DNA of 64,000 bases from Octopus sinensis (GCF_006345805.1 NC_043015.1:22320001-22384000), one strand, 5' to 3'. Positions 12,481-25,299 are shown, numbered from the stretch's first letter. The notes: generated by a model not told the origin, from the sequence alone. Made by a program: numbers and translations.

Positions 12481-12711
12481 GTACATTCACTAGAACAGGC
12501 AGGGCTCTAAGTAACGATTGCTTCGGTGCATTCACTAACATTACATTCCTCTATCCGCCGCCCTAAATCCTGTGTGCTGTAGCGAAGCTGCTAATGTGAT
12601 TGTAATAAAATGATACTATTGTAAAATTAAACTTGCAACACCATCCGAAATAAATTCCGATGCATCTACAGAAAAATCAATACATACCACAAGTCTTACA
12701 CCTGACAACTT

Positions 12712-12930
12712 TACGAGGGATGCTGAAAAGTTCCTGGCTTTAAGGGCTTCGCAAAAGGCCTGGTTGAAGGCCCAATCTTCCGAGTTATTTTACAGGAATG
12801 GAAATAAACTGAAGAATCGCTGCAATAATTGCGTCAGTCTCATAAAAATATGTTGAATGGAATTATACTCAACTAATCCTCTTGTAATTTCTTTTACTCA
12901 CAGCCAGGAACTTCTTAACATTCCTGCCTA
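12712..12930. mobile_element. Mariner-derived MITE (~220 bp)
   Basis: Imperfect terminal inverted repeats TACGAGGGATGCTGAAAAGTTCCTGGCT and AGCCAGGAACTTCTTAACATTCCTGCCTA, with TA at both ends. Confidence 0.75.
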
Positions 12931-13378
12931 TATCTCTAGAAGAGAGTCTGCTCAGAGAATAAAGCTTTTCATGGATTAATTTTTGAAGAGATACCTTAAT
13001 TCTTCATGTGCTATTTCCCCAAACAAGAATTTATATCACAAAACTTAGGTTTAAAATCTTGGCAAATGCAAAGGATCGAATTTCTTACACAAAATATATC
13101 AAGATTTTGAATGGTTAAAGTGTAAATCTAAGCTACTGCAAAAGCCTTCTCATTTAAAAGAAAGAAAAAAATTGAACGTCCTTTTAACTGTAAACATATT
13201 TATTAAAATTTAATATGTTCGTTAACTTTGATTATCTCGATTAATACTAAATAATTCTATGTACGCTTCTATGGAAATGTCGTGATAATTTGACCGTTGT
13301 AACCTTCCGTGTACAGATGCGGATTCTCCTAGTTTGAACAAATTCTTTGCACCGGAAAGCTGACATTAGAAGTATTTA

Positions 13379-13380
<2 letters not shown>

Positions 13381-13419
<39 letters not shown>

Positions 13420-13421
13420 GA

Positions 13422-13459
<38 letters not shown>
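13381..13459. repeat. (CTA)n microsatellite
   Basis: Directly visible. Confidence 0.97.
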
Positions 13460-13460
<1 letters not shown>

Positions 13461-14599
13461 AGTTAAGGGAGCAATTGACAACGGCGCCAGCAACTCACAA
13501 GGATGCCAGTCTGGCTATCCCGTGGGGGACGCGCATCTAGATTAACCATAGGACAAGCGATTTGGTGTACTGTTGTATTTTAATTTTTTCTTACGTCTGA
13601 CATACTTGTGCCACATTAAAATTATTAATATTGAAGCCTGTTATCTCTATCACTATTGTCAACTCCGACATTAATACAGTTACAGCGATATTAACCTTAC
13701 CTTTACAGCATTCTTCACCGTTAGTTACCACCAATAGTGCCTTCACCGTTGTAGTCATGGCGACAATATAACCGTTATTTAGTCAAATCTGCCAGCTTTG
13801 CTCCTAGTACTTTGTGGTAATATTAAATGTTAAGTTTCAACTTTTGTCTTGTACCTGAGATAATCATAAATACGTGTGGGATGGGTTATAATAGGAGGAA
13901 GAGAAGCAGCTTGGTGAATTGATGGACAGTCTGTAAATAGGTTCGATAGAGAGTAAGGAGGAGATTTTTATACCCTGGTCTTGGATAAATACTTCAACGA
14001 AGCGGGTGGCAAGAAAGTATTCTCACGACGTGATACGAATACTGTTTCATGAGGTTCAACGGTCTCTGCCAACTGTCCACAGTCAATAGCTCACAATCGA
14101 TTGCTTTTTGTGAACTCGACAGTTTTTATTTATTTTATTAAAATGCATCAGTTCACTTTTAGTCACATTGGGTTGGTTAGTATCCTTCCACAATAGAAAT
14201 CAGCAATGGGGTTTCGTAGTCCTGTGCGATCAGGAAACAAAAGAAGTGTCACACGCTTGCGATCAGCAAGGGTCAAACCTTTTATCTAACACCATGTTCA
14301 ATGAGAATGCTGAGCTTGGGAAACAAACAACTCATCTTGTTCTGTTTTACAGATAGAAAAAAACGTGATATATATATACTGATATTTACACCGTTGAAAT
14401 ATTCTTTTCTCTATATAGGTTATGCTGTGTTTAAAATTTTCGTAATTCTGCAGTTTGTATATATCGGCAATTGCTTATCTCCTTCATGTTTTACTAGTGT
14501 TGTTGCGATTAAAGGTATGCTTACATATTTTAGTAGTCAAGGAGAAGAGGTTAAATATTCTCAGAAAATTGTAAACGTGAAAGTTTTAAAATTTTCTAA

Positions 14600-15027
14600 A
14601 GATGATCATTTCTGTGTCCGATCAGAGAACAAAGTTCAGAAATTATGAGGATGTGTTAATCGAAATCGAAAAGATCTGGCATCTCAAGAGGGTTATAATA
14701 ACATGATTGTAGGAGCACTTGGAATGACCAAAAATTGAAGTTACAATTATATGAGAAAGATACCTGGATTAACAACGATGCAGGAAGTGCCACAAAATAT
14801 CTTAACTGGTACGTCATCCATATTGACAAGAGCATTATCTGTGTGCATTTTCTTTTCTTTTTTTTCCTTTTCCTGTCTTTTTTTCATTTTTTTCTCTATC
14901 ACAATACTTTGTAAATGAACAATCTTCTGTGTTTATTTTAAAAGCCAAATATGGAATAGTGTGAGGTTCTCTGCCCTGGGTGTGGAGAAGACACCCAGTA
15001 GAAATGGAAACAAAATTGAAAGATGGT
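14600..15027 (+). mobile_element. 3' end of an R4/Dong-like RLE non-LTR retrotransposon (family A): RLE C-terminus and 3' UTR, ending in (TAA)n
   Basis: Translates with small frameshifts as ..YEDVLIEIEKIWHLKRV..IVGALGM..YMRKIPGLTTMQEVPQNILTGTSSILTRALS. 14636-14698 matches 61363-61425 at 54 of 63 nt. The UTR hairpin CTGGGTGT/ACACCCAG is followed by (AAT)n at 15027-15150. Confidence 0.85.
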
Positions 15028-15082
15028 AATAATAATAACAATATTAATAATAATAATACTAATAATAACAAACAATAACCAC

Positions 15083-15149
<67 letters not shown>

Positions 15150-15204
15150 TGAATTTATTTATTTATTAATTTATAAATACATATTTTATCTGTGAATTTG
15201 CACG

Positions 15205-15302
15205 TGTAATCTGGGAATGCATACAATGCCCTTCTCTGCCCTAGGTGTTTGGAAAACACTCGGCAAGAAACGGAAGAAAATTTGAAGAAAGAAGGAAAAA
15301 AC

Positions 15303-15367
<65 letters not shown>
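15205..15367 (+). mobile_element. Second, shorter 3' UTR of the same R4/Dong-like family plus (AAT)n tail
   Basis: ttctctgccctaggtgtttggaaaacactcggcaagaaacggaagaaaatttgaaga parallels ttctctgccctgggtgtggagaagacacccagtagaaatggaaacaaaattgaaaga; (AAT)n follows at 15303-15367. Confidence 0.75.
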
Positions 15368-15368
<1 letters not shown>

Positions 15369-15829
15369 GTGATTTCAAAATTTACCACAGGGCCAAAAGT
15401 ATTTTTGATGCGAAACGGAGCTCAGTGTGCAAAAGTGTAGTGGATTGATGAATTTTCTAAAAGCATCGAAAACTAAAAAGTGCCAAGGAATATATGTGCA
15501 TGTTCAGATTTCAATCCGAGAAATCTCCCATTTTCATAACATTCTTCCCGTGTATCGGAAACCCGTGTGTATAATGCCTGTGTGTAAACATGTAGCAGTC
15601 ATATTCTGGTGTCGATTTTAAATTTAAGATACTGCACCTATGGCGGAAACAAAAGACACAGTAAACAAATATGTGCTCAAGTAATCGTATATTGCTTCAA
15701 TCCACTAATAATTTGTATACAGGCTGCAATTTTAATGGTTATATATTCACACTGAGTTGTTGATAAATTTATTCACTTCTTTAGCAAATCAGTGGTCAGA
15801 GGTAATTCATTTTGGGTGATCAGTCCAAT

Positions 15830-15935
15830 TGATTTCTTATGCGGTGAGAAATAGTCGATTATATAGATCCAGGTCGTGACTAGCACTTATTTCGACTGAG
15901 AAATAATGAAAGGATAATTCGATATCGGTGGAAAT
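15830..15935 (-). mobile_element. SINE family 1, 3' fragment
   Basis: agtcgattatatagatccag...cacttatttcgac...atgaaagg is the reverse complement of the family core. Confidence 0.6.
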
Positions 15936-16275
15936 TAATAAGAGAAGAAAGGGCTCCAAGTCATTTTTCCAAGAGTTTTAACTTTCTGATAATAAATTGC
16001 ATTACCAGTCGATTAATAGATATGTGCGGCTCTTGCAACACTCGTGGTAAGTAATTCATTCCTATTCTCAGAGAAAATATATCATTCAATCACATCTGAA
16101 CCTAAATAATAAATGAATATAAAGATTTAAAAACAAATAGCGATATCATAACTCTATTATGCTGTTTCTATTGAGCAATGACCTCTGAAGAGGGTTAAAA
16201 TATTTGCTGTTTTATTTTGTGTTTGGTTTTCTTTAAATACGTAGAGACTGCAAACATGCAATTCTGTATTAGAAT

Positions 16276-16430
16276 TTAAAAAAAAAACAGGAAAAGTAAT
16301 ATAATGAATAAAATTATAAAATATTGCTGTGATATTTCATGAAACGTGATTACATGCAAATATCGAATATTGCTTGTGGTCGTTAAAACAATATATATAA
16401 TATAATATAGATGTGTGTGTAATATATATA

Positions 16431-16476
<46 letters not shown>

Positions 16477-16511
16477 TATATATAATATATATATATATAT
16501 GTATATGTATA

Positions 16512-16579
<68 letters not shown>

Positions 16580-17096
16580 ATATGTATATATATGTATGTA
16601 TGTATGTAAGTATGTAAGTATATATTTCCGTGTGAAATATGCATATAGTATGAAAAAAGAAAGGAAAACAGGTAAGTAGATTTACAGTTAGAAATAGTAG
16701 TTTAAATGTTTAAATGTACGCATTAGATAAAATGAGCGATAGGTAAGATAAAAAGTAATAAATTAATAATATATATATAACGCAAGATTCTATGTGAAAG
16801 AGAGAGAGAAAGAGAGATGAGAAAGAGTGGGAGAGAGAGAGAGAGAGAGAAAAAGTGATAGAACGACAGAATATTTTTGATGAATTGTTTGCTTTATTTT
16901 TTGCTTTTTGAATGGTATTTGTTTTTAATTTTGCAAAGTTTGCGAAAGGCATTAAAAAAAAAAAACAGGAAAAGTAATATAATGAATAAAATTATAAAAT
17001 ATTGCTGTGATATTTCATGAAACGTGATTACATGCAAATATCGAATATTGCTTGTGGTCGTTAAAACAATATATATATATAATATAGATGTGTGTG

Positions 17097-17183
<87 letters not shown>

Positions 17184-17188
17184 GTATA

Positions 17189-17266
<78 letters not shown>

Positions 17267-17635
17267 GTATGTATGTATGTAAGTATGTAAGTATATATTT
17301 CCGTGTGAAATATGCATATAGTATGAAAAAAAGAAAGGAAAACAGGTAAGTAGATTTACAGTTAGAAATAGTAGTTTAAATGTTTAAATGTACGCATTAG
17401 ATAAAATGAGCGATAGGTAAGATAAAAAGTAATAAATTAATAATATATATATAACGCAAGATTCTATGTGAAAGAGAGAGAGAAAGAGAGAATGAGAAAG
17501 AGTGGGAGAGAGAGAGAGAGAGAAAAAGTGATAGAACGACAGAATATTTTTGATGAATTGTTTGCTTTATTTTTTGCTTTTTGAATGGTATTTGTTTTTA
17601 ATTTTGCAAAGTTTGCGAAAGGCATTAAAAAAAAA
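16276..17635. repeat. Near-identical tandem duplication, unit ~675 bp (16276-16951 and 16952-17624)
   Basis: Unique sequence is repeated letter for letter apart from microsatellite and homopolymer lengths. TTAAAAAAAAA microhomology at start, junction and end. Confidence 0.95.
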
Positions 17636-19231
17636 GGAAAACTTTGTTATTCTTTCTAGGTTTGTACCAGAAAAGCATTTGTTGTAAGATGGCAAATCTT
17701 ATGTAATATTCATTGGATTCAAGAATACGTTTTGCGAACACATATTTCCTTTGGAAATGAGAGAAAAAATAATACAATTAAATAAAAAATGAATAGGTAT
17801 TCAATCCTGTAATCATATTGGATAAGAAGGAAATATCATCAGCTTGAAGGTGTTTGGGTCGAAAGAGAAAAAACAAAAGTAAACGTGCAGATAGGTTTTA
17901 TGAAAAATATTACGAGTAACTTCCATTTATGTATTGGGGAGTAAACAGTTTGTAATGATTTATATATGGCCGGTTTCAAAGCAGAAATATTTTGCTTCTT
18001 TCTTTTTCTTATATTGCTAATCCATAACCTTGAGCCTGGTGCAACATTCTGATCAAAGATTCTATTGTTAAGTAGTTTTTGGTTTTAATGCTCTTTCGTA
18101 TTAAAAGGAATAATGATAAAATATTACAAAAAATATATGGTTGAGAAGAAACAAAATGGCGACGACTATTACATTCATCTACATGGGAAAAAGTATAAGA
18201 TAATCTAGCATTATAATGGAGGAAGATAGTTGTATTTCTTGAAGCAAATCAACACGTATTTATAAATATGAAATAAACAATATGATCATGGAATGCTAAA
18301 AGTAATGAAATCAAAATATATCTTGGTTTGTTATCATAAGTTAAAGGAGGAAAAATGTTTTGCAACGGAATTGCATAATACGGAAAGTATTACTAGTATA
18401 TTACAAGTAGATATATGCTCATTTATCACTCCGTCCAGGAAAGGTATTTTGACAGAAACATCACAGAAAGAGCGGAGAAAATCGAAGGGAAAATATCGAC
18501 TTAGAAAAAGAAAGAAACTCCTATAGGCCTGGTAGAGTTTTGGGTAAACACGATACTTAAAGTGTTCAGCATTTGATAACGGATATTGATCTGATGTGAT
18601 AAGGGAAAAAAACATGGAAGCAACCAGTCCAAGGCTAAAACAAAAGTATAATTATGAAGAATATAGCTACATAGAGATGAAATTAGCTGCGAATATTGTT
18701 ACATAGTATTTCAGACCCTCTCAAATATGAGTCTCATCGTTCAAACATCCCCGGCAAGTGTAAAACTAATGTTGTTCTATATGAAGGGAAAGGCAAAGTT
18801 AACCCTGGCATAATTTAAACTCAGAGCATTAAGGTCCACAAAGCAGCTGGGTCCAATCGGATAACATATCATCAGTAATGGAAAATACATAGATCGCTGG
18901 TCAGCATAAAGCACTGTGAATGATGGATGGGTGTATATCTGTGTATGTGCATCTATATATATATATGTTTGTGTATGTTTGCGTGTGCGTGCGTGCGTGT
19001 ATGTGTGTGTTGTTTGAGAGCTTGAGATAGAGGAAGAAAGGGAGAGAGAGAGCAAACGGAGGAGACAGTTTGCTTTGTCGCAGTGCTGGTGGAAACAGTA
19101 ATTTTTAGAAACAAAAATACAATCACTTAGATTCGAAATTTTAGAACGATATATCAATGTATTGTCGCAACTAAATAATCACGTCACTTCTGATATATAA
19201 GTGGTTCAAAGTCATGGCGGAAAATAAAATA

Positions 19232-19244
19232 ACAACAACAACAG

Positions 19245-19296
<52 letters not shown>

Positions 19297-19298
19297 AA
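19232..19298. repeat. (AAC)n microsatellite
   Basis: Directly visible. Confidence 0.95.
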
Positions 19299-19834
19299 TA
19301 AAGACAATGAGGATACGCATGATTTTGAAATAGATAAACGAATAAGTTTTATATCTATCACACAGTAAACAAACGTACACTGCCAATTAGATATTTCGAA
19401 ATTCCACATTGTCATTGACATATTCTCTATCTGAATCTACAATCAGAACACTAACTGGCAGTAAACAAAATTACATTTGAAAACGAAATATCAACAAAAC
19501 AAGTTAATTTAATGTATATAATTATCATTTGTTTCACATATACTACAAACTGCAGTTTTGTTTACACGAAAACAGTTCTTGACATAATCAGTATCAGTTA
19601 TGTATATAAATTTGCATTTCAATCTCGTTATGAAATATACGAGGCTGATCTAATTGCTAATTGCTATATACCAATTATTTCGTTATTTTCTATCCACGCT
19701 ATTACATTATTCATACACTCTGATATGATATACAATCTGAAACTTGCTAAAGTACACAAAAGCACACGCACATGCAAGCACTAACACACATAACACAGAG
19801 TCATAAACATAATACATATGCCTGTACGTTGTAT

Positions 19835-19924
<90 letters not shown>

Positions 19925-20439
19925 AACAGACAGATAGACAGAGCATATTATATTATTTGAAATTTTTGAAAGAGCACAAAAGCAGACACACACATACACA
20001 CACACATATATATTTGTATGTTTGCATATATATATATATATGTATACACAAACGCACACACACAAACACACACACTCACACGCACAAAAGTCAGGATGCG
20101 TGACGTTCAGTTATTCCATAAATAAAAAGTGGATTAAATACTACAAAACGTATAGTATGGACAGGCATTAACTAAACACGTAATACTTCTTCGGTTATCG
20201 ATCACAAAATAATAAAACCTCGCTTCATGCATTTAATGACAAGACTAGGAACATCGTATGTCGGCAGTACCTGGTAGATTTGCGGGTATTAAAGATAGAG
20301 CAAAGAAAATACAGGGTGGACGTTCGAAAGTAAGCAATAGTAATTTGAAACGATAGATGAAGACAATAAATAAATAAATGTAGCCTTGGGGCCAACCACG
20401 ATGATGATGGATTAACGCTTAGGAGAAATCTGCCAATGA

Positions 20440-20760
20440 ATATAAAGAACAGAATTGAGAAGAGAGAAAGAAGTGAAAAAGGATACAATTGAGAAAAGAA
20501 AAAGGGGGAAAATTGAGAATAGGAAAAAGAAGGGAAAAAGACAGAATTGAGAAGAGAAAAAGGAAGAGAAAAAAGGTCAGAATTAAGAAGAGAAAAAGTT
20601 TGACCAACACGCTAGGCATCCACCGACAAAAATGCAGAAGATAGAAATACACTCACTTGTCACGTGTGGGTAGCAGATAGAAGGAGAGAAGAGAGATAGA
20701 GATCGAGAGAGGGAGAGAGAGAAAGAGAGAGAGAATGTGTGTGTGAGAGAGATGCACAAG
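20440..20760 (+). repeat. Purine-rich tract with a degenerate AATTGAGAA minisatellite, then (AG)n
   Basis: aattgagaa/aattaagaa occurs five times at irregular ~20-35 bp spacing in 20450-20595. Confidence 0.7.
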
Positions 20761-20960
20761 CAACGGTGCGCAAGAAAGAAAGCGACGCACGCAAAAGCGA
20801 AAGTTTTGATTGTCAAATAAAATCAATTCAATGAAGTGGATTTCTCTAAAGCAGTAACAATGTCAAAGTATTTAAATATGCACGTATATATGCTTATATA
20901 CGTACATGCATATTTATATATGTATGTATATGTACATATGCTTGTATTTGATTACATGTG

Positions 20961-21018
<58 letters not shown>

Positions 21019-21605
21019 CATACATATACATACACATATACATATATATATATGTGTGTGTTAATATATATGTATATAGACATACATATATATATATGTG
21101 TGTGTATGCATGTGCGCGTTCGTATTCGTACAAGTATAAATGTAGATAATATTTATTTCTATACATAATTTGTGCACGCGTGTGCGGTTCTGCGTGAGTG
21201 TATGTGTGCATACGACTCTGTGTGTGTGTGTACGAGTGTGTGTTTGTAAAATTTTTGTACATGCATGAATACACACAAATATGTAACCATGATATAGAAA
21301 TACGTATGTTTATATAGTATATCTGCCAGGTGTAAATTTAGCAGAATTATAGGATATTGCTCCTTCGTAATGCTAATGTCGACGTATTTCAAACCCGAAT
21401 TAAAAGGCAAACTTAAAATCAAACCAGTTGTAGTTGTTTATTATTTTATCGGTTTGAAGCAGTTCGTTGTCGTCATCATATAACACCGTCACCAAATGTG
21501 ATAGTTTTACTGAATCGATCCATTCCAGTTTCGAGGGTACATACATACATAGAGATATACAGATATACAGTACATACATATATAAATACATACATACATT
21601 CATGC

Positions 21606-21681
<76 letters not shown>

Positions 21682-21790
21682 ATTATATATTATATATATA
21701 TATATATATATTTATTTATATGTGTGTGTATTATGTATGTATGTGTGTATGTATATATATATACATATATATGTATGATGTATGTATGTA

Positions 21791-21835
<45 letters not shown>

Positions 21836-21844
21836 TATAATATA

Positions 21845-22051
21845 TATACACGATCTATCACTATGATAGATCGTTAGCCACTACACACGATTTTTTCTCT
21901 CCTTGTTTCTCTCTTTGATTTTTCTCTGTCCCTTTCTGAAGAGCGTAGGCTCGAAACGTAAAAGTCTTTTTCTATTCCTGAGCGTTATACTAATACATAT
22001 GTTTGTTTTGTACACGACCTATTTTCCTCTTTTGTTTTTTTCATAAACACT

Positions 22052-22056
<5 letters not shown>
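21845..22056 (+). mobile_element. ~210-bp hammerhead-variant element (PLE pLTR-like), subtype 2, flanked by (TA)n on both sides
   Basis: Starts with an 11-bp hairpin ACGATCTATCA-cta-TGATAGATCGT (21850-21874). Contains CUUU-CUGAA-GAGC-GUAG-GCUC-GAAAC-GU-A-AAAG (21932-21964). The tail ends in ...ctatata. Confidence 0.75.
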
Positions 22057-22138
<82 letters not shown>

Positions 22139-22163
22139 GCATGTGTGCGTGTGTGTGTGGGGG

Positions 22164-22450
22164 GGGCGCAATGGCCCAGTGATTAGGGCAGTAGACTCGC
22201 GGTCGGAGGATCGCGATTTCGATTCCCAGACCGGGCGTTGTGTGTGTTTATTGGGCGGAAACACCTATAGCTCCACAAGGATCCGGCAGGAGATAGTGGC
22301 AACTCCAGTTGTACTCTTTCGCCCCAACTTTCTCTCACTCTTTCTTACTGTTTCTTGAGTAACGCTGCGATGGACTGGCGTCCCTTCCAGCTGGGGGGAA
22401 CCCATACGCCACAGAAACCGGCTTCAAAAGGACGCATAAATAATTAAAAA
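22164..22450 (+). mobile_element. tRNA-derived SINE, family 4, with V-SINE-like domain
   Basis: Head ggcgcaatggcccagtgattag (A box) ... gatttcgattccc (B box). 3' segment gcgatggactggcgtcccttccag resembles the V-domain motif of V-SINEs (from memory). A-rich end. Confidence 0.8.
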
Positions 22451-23233
22451 AAAATAATGTATATACTTAAACACATATATTTACATATGTATCACCACAA
22501 ACATACGCAAACCCAAACACAAACTCTACAGGTGAAATATTCGGCGTTAGCCGGGCTGCAGACTCCGGAAACTGAAGTTCGTTGACTTTCTAATGTGATT
22601 TACTTAAATTGTGGTCTCATGTTACAAATAGCCAATTCATCTGAATAAATGTTTTCGTATTTTAAATCTTATTTGGATTCCTCTTTCAAACCATCAAAGT
22701 TATGATTGTAAAATAATTATGAATTTTTATTTATTTATTTATTTTTACTTAACCGTAATCTTAAACACTGATCGTTATCCTATAAGTTCCAACCCAAAAC
22801 TGGAAACATAAGCCTTTACTTTTCGGTATTTTATATCGCATAATCTATTTTGTAAATCTCTTTTATTGTGTTTTTAACATTTTTATCTATGGAACATCTT
22901 AATGTCTACATTTATTACATATGCTTTTTGAAGAAGGAATAGTAGAAATCTGTATGGCATTAGGCATATGCTTCAGATTTTATGTATTACGATTAAGTTT
23001 AATAAAATGCCATTTGAAAGGAAAACACTAAATATTAAAAGGAAATTTAATCATTTCAAAGTGATATATTAAAGAATGCTATACTATGATGTGAGTACGT
23101 GTGTGTTTACAAGCCATCTTTACGGATTTAGTAGTTGTGTGATGACGCTTAGGATCCAGGTATGGCGAATCCAATTCTCATATTTAAGGATTTAATTTTC
23201 AACATGGTTGATTTTCTGTTGTTTTTGTTGTTC

Positions 23234-23234
<1 letters not shown>

Positions 23235-23291
<57 letters not shown>

Positions 23292-23342
23292 CATTATTAT
23301 TATCTTCATCATCCTCATCCTCACCATCATCATCATCATCAT
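23235..23342. repeat. (TTA)n/(CAT)n tract, read as the (TAA)n tail of the minus-strand R4/Dong-like element
   Basis: Directly visible; abuts the element 3' UTR. Confidence 0.9.
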
Positions 23343-23344
23343 TT

Positions 23345-25170
23345 CTTTTTATCTCAGATTTTGTATTTAACTCCTAGAGACTTGCATACCTATAGTACCA
23401 TGTTATCTGCGGTTTTTTTAAACTACCTAATACTTTCCTGATTACTCTGTTCGTGCTGGAGAAGTGGGGGAGAAACCCTTTTGTAACTGGAGACTATTCC
23501 CATTACCTTTATATTTCACTTGATGCATTATGTTACTGTTCCCAAGGAACCAGCTATAGCCTGCTCCATCTTTACCTTCTTCATATTCCTAACCGCTCTA
23601 TTCCGTACGTAAAAAGATTGTATATGTCTATCTTTTTGCTTTACTTCTTGATTAGCCGTGGGTCAAAGGCGCATGCAACAACAACTACATAACATATGTG
23701 GTGCATCTTGTCCACCGCCACTAGGTCCGATCTGTTATGCTGAAGCACCTGATCTGTTTTGATTGGGAAATCGCAGAAGATTATCCTAGTCTTCGACTCC
23801 ACCACTCTCTGCAATTTATGCTAGCCCCCACTTTTCGCACAGATTGCTATGTAGCATTTTCTGTATCTGATCGTGTCGCCATAACTTTTAGTGGTTTTGG
23901 GCAAGTCTTGGGCATTCGTTCGTGATACGGGCAATGGTTTCACCCACTCTATTGCAATGCGGCACAGCGGAGACACTTGTTCATTCATAATTTTGACCAT
24001 CCATGTTCGCGGCCAAAGATTAGTCTTGTGCTGCTAGTATAGTGCACTCGGTCTCTTTTGTTGGGTTCCTTTCATCAGCCAATCCCACCAAATTTTTCCA
24101 GCAACTTCTGTTGTGGCTGCTTGGAATTGATTGTGTAGTCCTTTCTTGCGTAATTCATCTTCACGTCCATTTTGCTTTTCATCCTTTCTTTTTACTTTTT
24201 TCTCTGCTTTTAATTCTCCCTCGTTCCTGTCACTTAGCAATGTTTCCTTACTTTGGTCTAGGTATCTCATTAAGCACTTGAGTTCAATATGCACGTAGTC
24301 TTCACATGTATAGGCGATAAGTGTCCGCACGTGGATGATGGGAACCATGGATCGGTAGAAGCTTTCTTGACTTCCTGTCCATCCCTCTTAATTCCTCTTC
24401 TGTCCAGTTCAAGATTCCATCGCCATACTGAACTACTGCGACTGCGCGCGATTTTATTGCCGAAATTATGTTTCTGGTATTCAGCTTTGAAGTCAGTATT
24501 TTTTTCATTTGCCGCAGGTGCTCTCTTTTTGTCATTTCCTTCGTGTCATTTTGTTTGATTCCATCTGCCACAAGTATTCTCTGGTATTTATAGCTGGATT
24601 GAGGCTGAATTGCTTTCATTATTTCACCACTTGGCTACCATATGTCTTCTGTTCTCAAAAGCTTTTCTCGTCTCATCAACATTGTAGCACATTTTGAGAG
24701 TTTAAACTCCATCTTAATATCACTGGAGAAAATCCACACAGACTGTATTAGGCTGTCCAGTTCTGACTCAGATTTTGTGAATAACTTCAGTACGTTCATG
24801 AACAGCACGTTTTCCCTTCCCTCTTCCTAGATCATACCCCAACATTGTTACCTGTACTAATTCCCTGAAGGGGATAATTCCCAGTACGAATATCAGTGGG
24901 GAAACACTGTCCCCCTGGAAGATTCCACTCTTGATTTTCATCTATCTTAATACTTGAGTTCCTGCTGTCAATTCCGTTCTCCAATATTTCATCCTATTTC
25001 ATTTAAGGCTTATCATATTTTCTGCTACTCCATACATTTCTAGTTTTTAGTATCCAGGAGTGTGGTGCCATATCTTATGATTTACGATAGTCAGCGTATG
25101 CCATGCTCAGGTTCATGTGTCTTTTCTTGCAGCTGCTGAGCCTCCTTCATTTGGGAGCCACACAAGACCC
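23345..25170 (-). mobile_element. R4/Dong-like RLE non-LTR retrotransposon (family B), 5'-truncated, decayed: RT core, CCHC knuckle, RLE endonuclease
   Basis: Minus strand: KSGIFQGDSVSPLIF, LFMNVLKLF (YxDD box), KCA, YKYQRILVADGIK..KILTSKLNTRNIISAI..NWTEEELRGMDRKSRKLL..HHPRADTYRLYM, LHNQF..WDWL..G, AAQD, PLCR.C...ETIARITNECPRLAQ, RHD, DFPIKTDQVLQHNRSDLV, GSLGTV. This is the motif order of R4-clade ORFs. Confidence 0.93.
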
Positions 25171-25227
25171 TTAAGAGTGTTATTTTAGACTTTTTACATT
25201 CTGAACATTAATTCTGCTGTGATTATC

Positions 25228-25275
25228 TTTACTTTTCATCCTTTTGAGGTCGATAAAGTACCAGTCGAGTACTGC
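25228..25275 (+). mobile_element. SINE family 1 core fragment
   Basis: ttttcatccttttgaggtcgataaagtaccagtcgagtactg. Confidence 0.7.
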
Positions 25276-25299
25276 TGTAGATACATTCAACTAACCCAC

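Noticed and set aside
13460-13575. GC-rich segment after (CTA)n as an HDV-like ribozyme
   Set aside because: I could not build P1/P3/P1.1 pairings around the tatcccgt loop candidate.
17659-17682. 24-nt plus-strand micro-exon (also 31848-31871, 35087-35131, 36915-36955)
   Set aside because: Splice signals are plausible but the peptides are uninformative; cannot be supported without RNA data.
18140-18620. Possible L1/Tx1 3' ORF remnant
   Set aside because: Only vague resemblance; no intact CCHC or other diagnostic motif.
19181-19350. CRE/ETS-like site, TATA box and ATGGCGG followed by a Thr-rich ORF
   Set aside because: The ATG is too close to the TATA box to be in the transcript, and the ORF is mostly (AAC)n.
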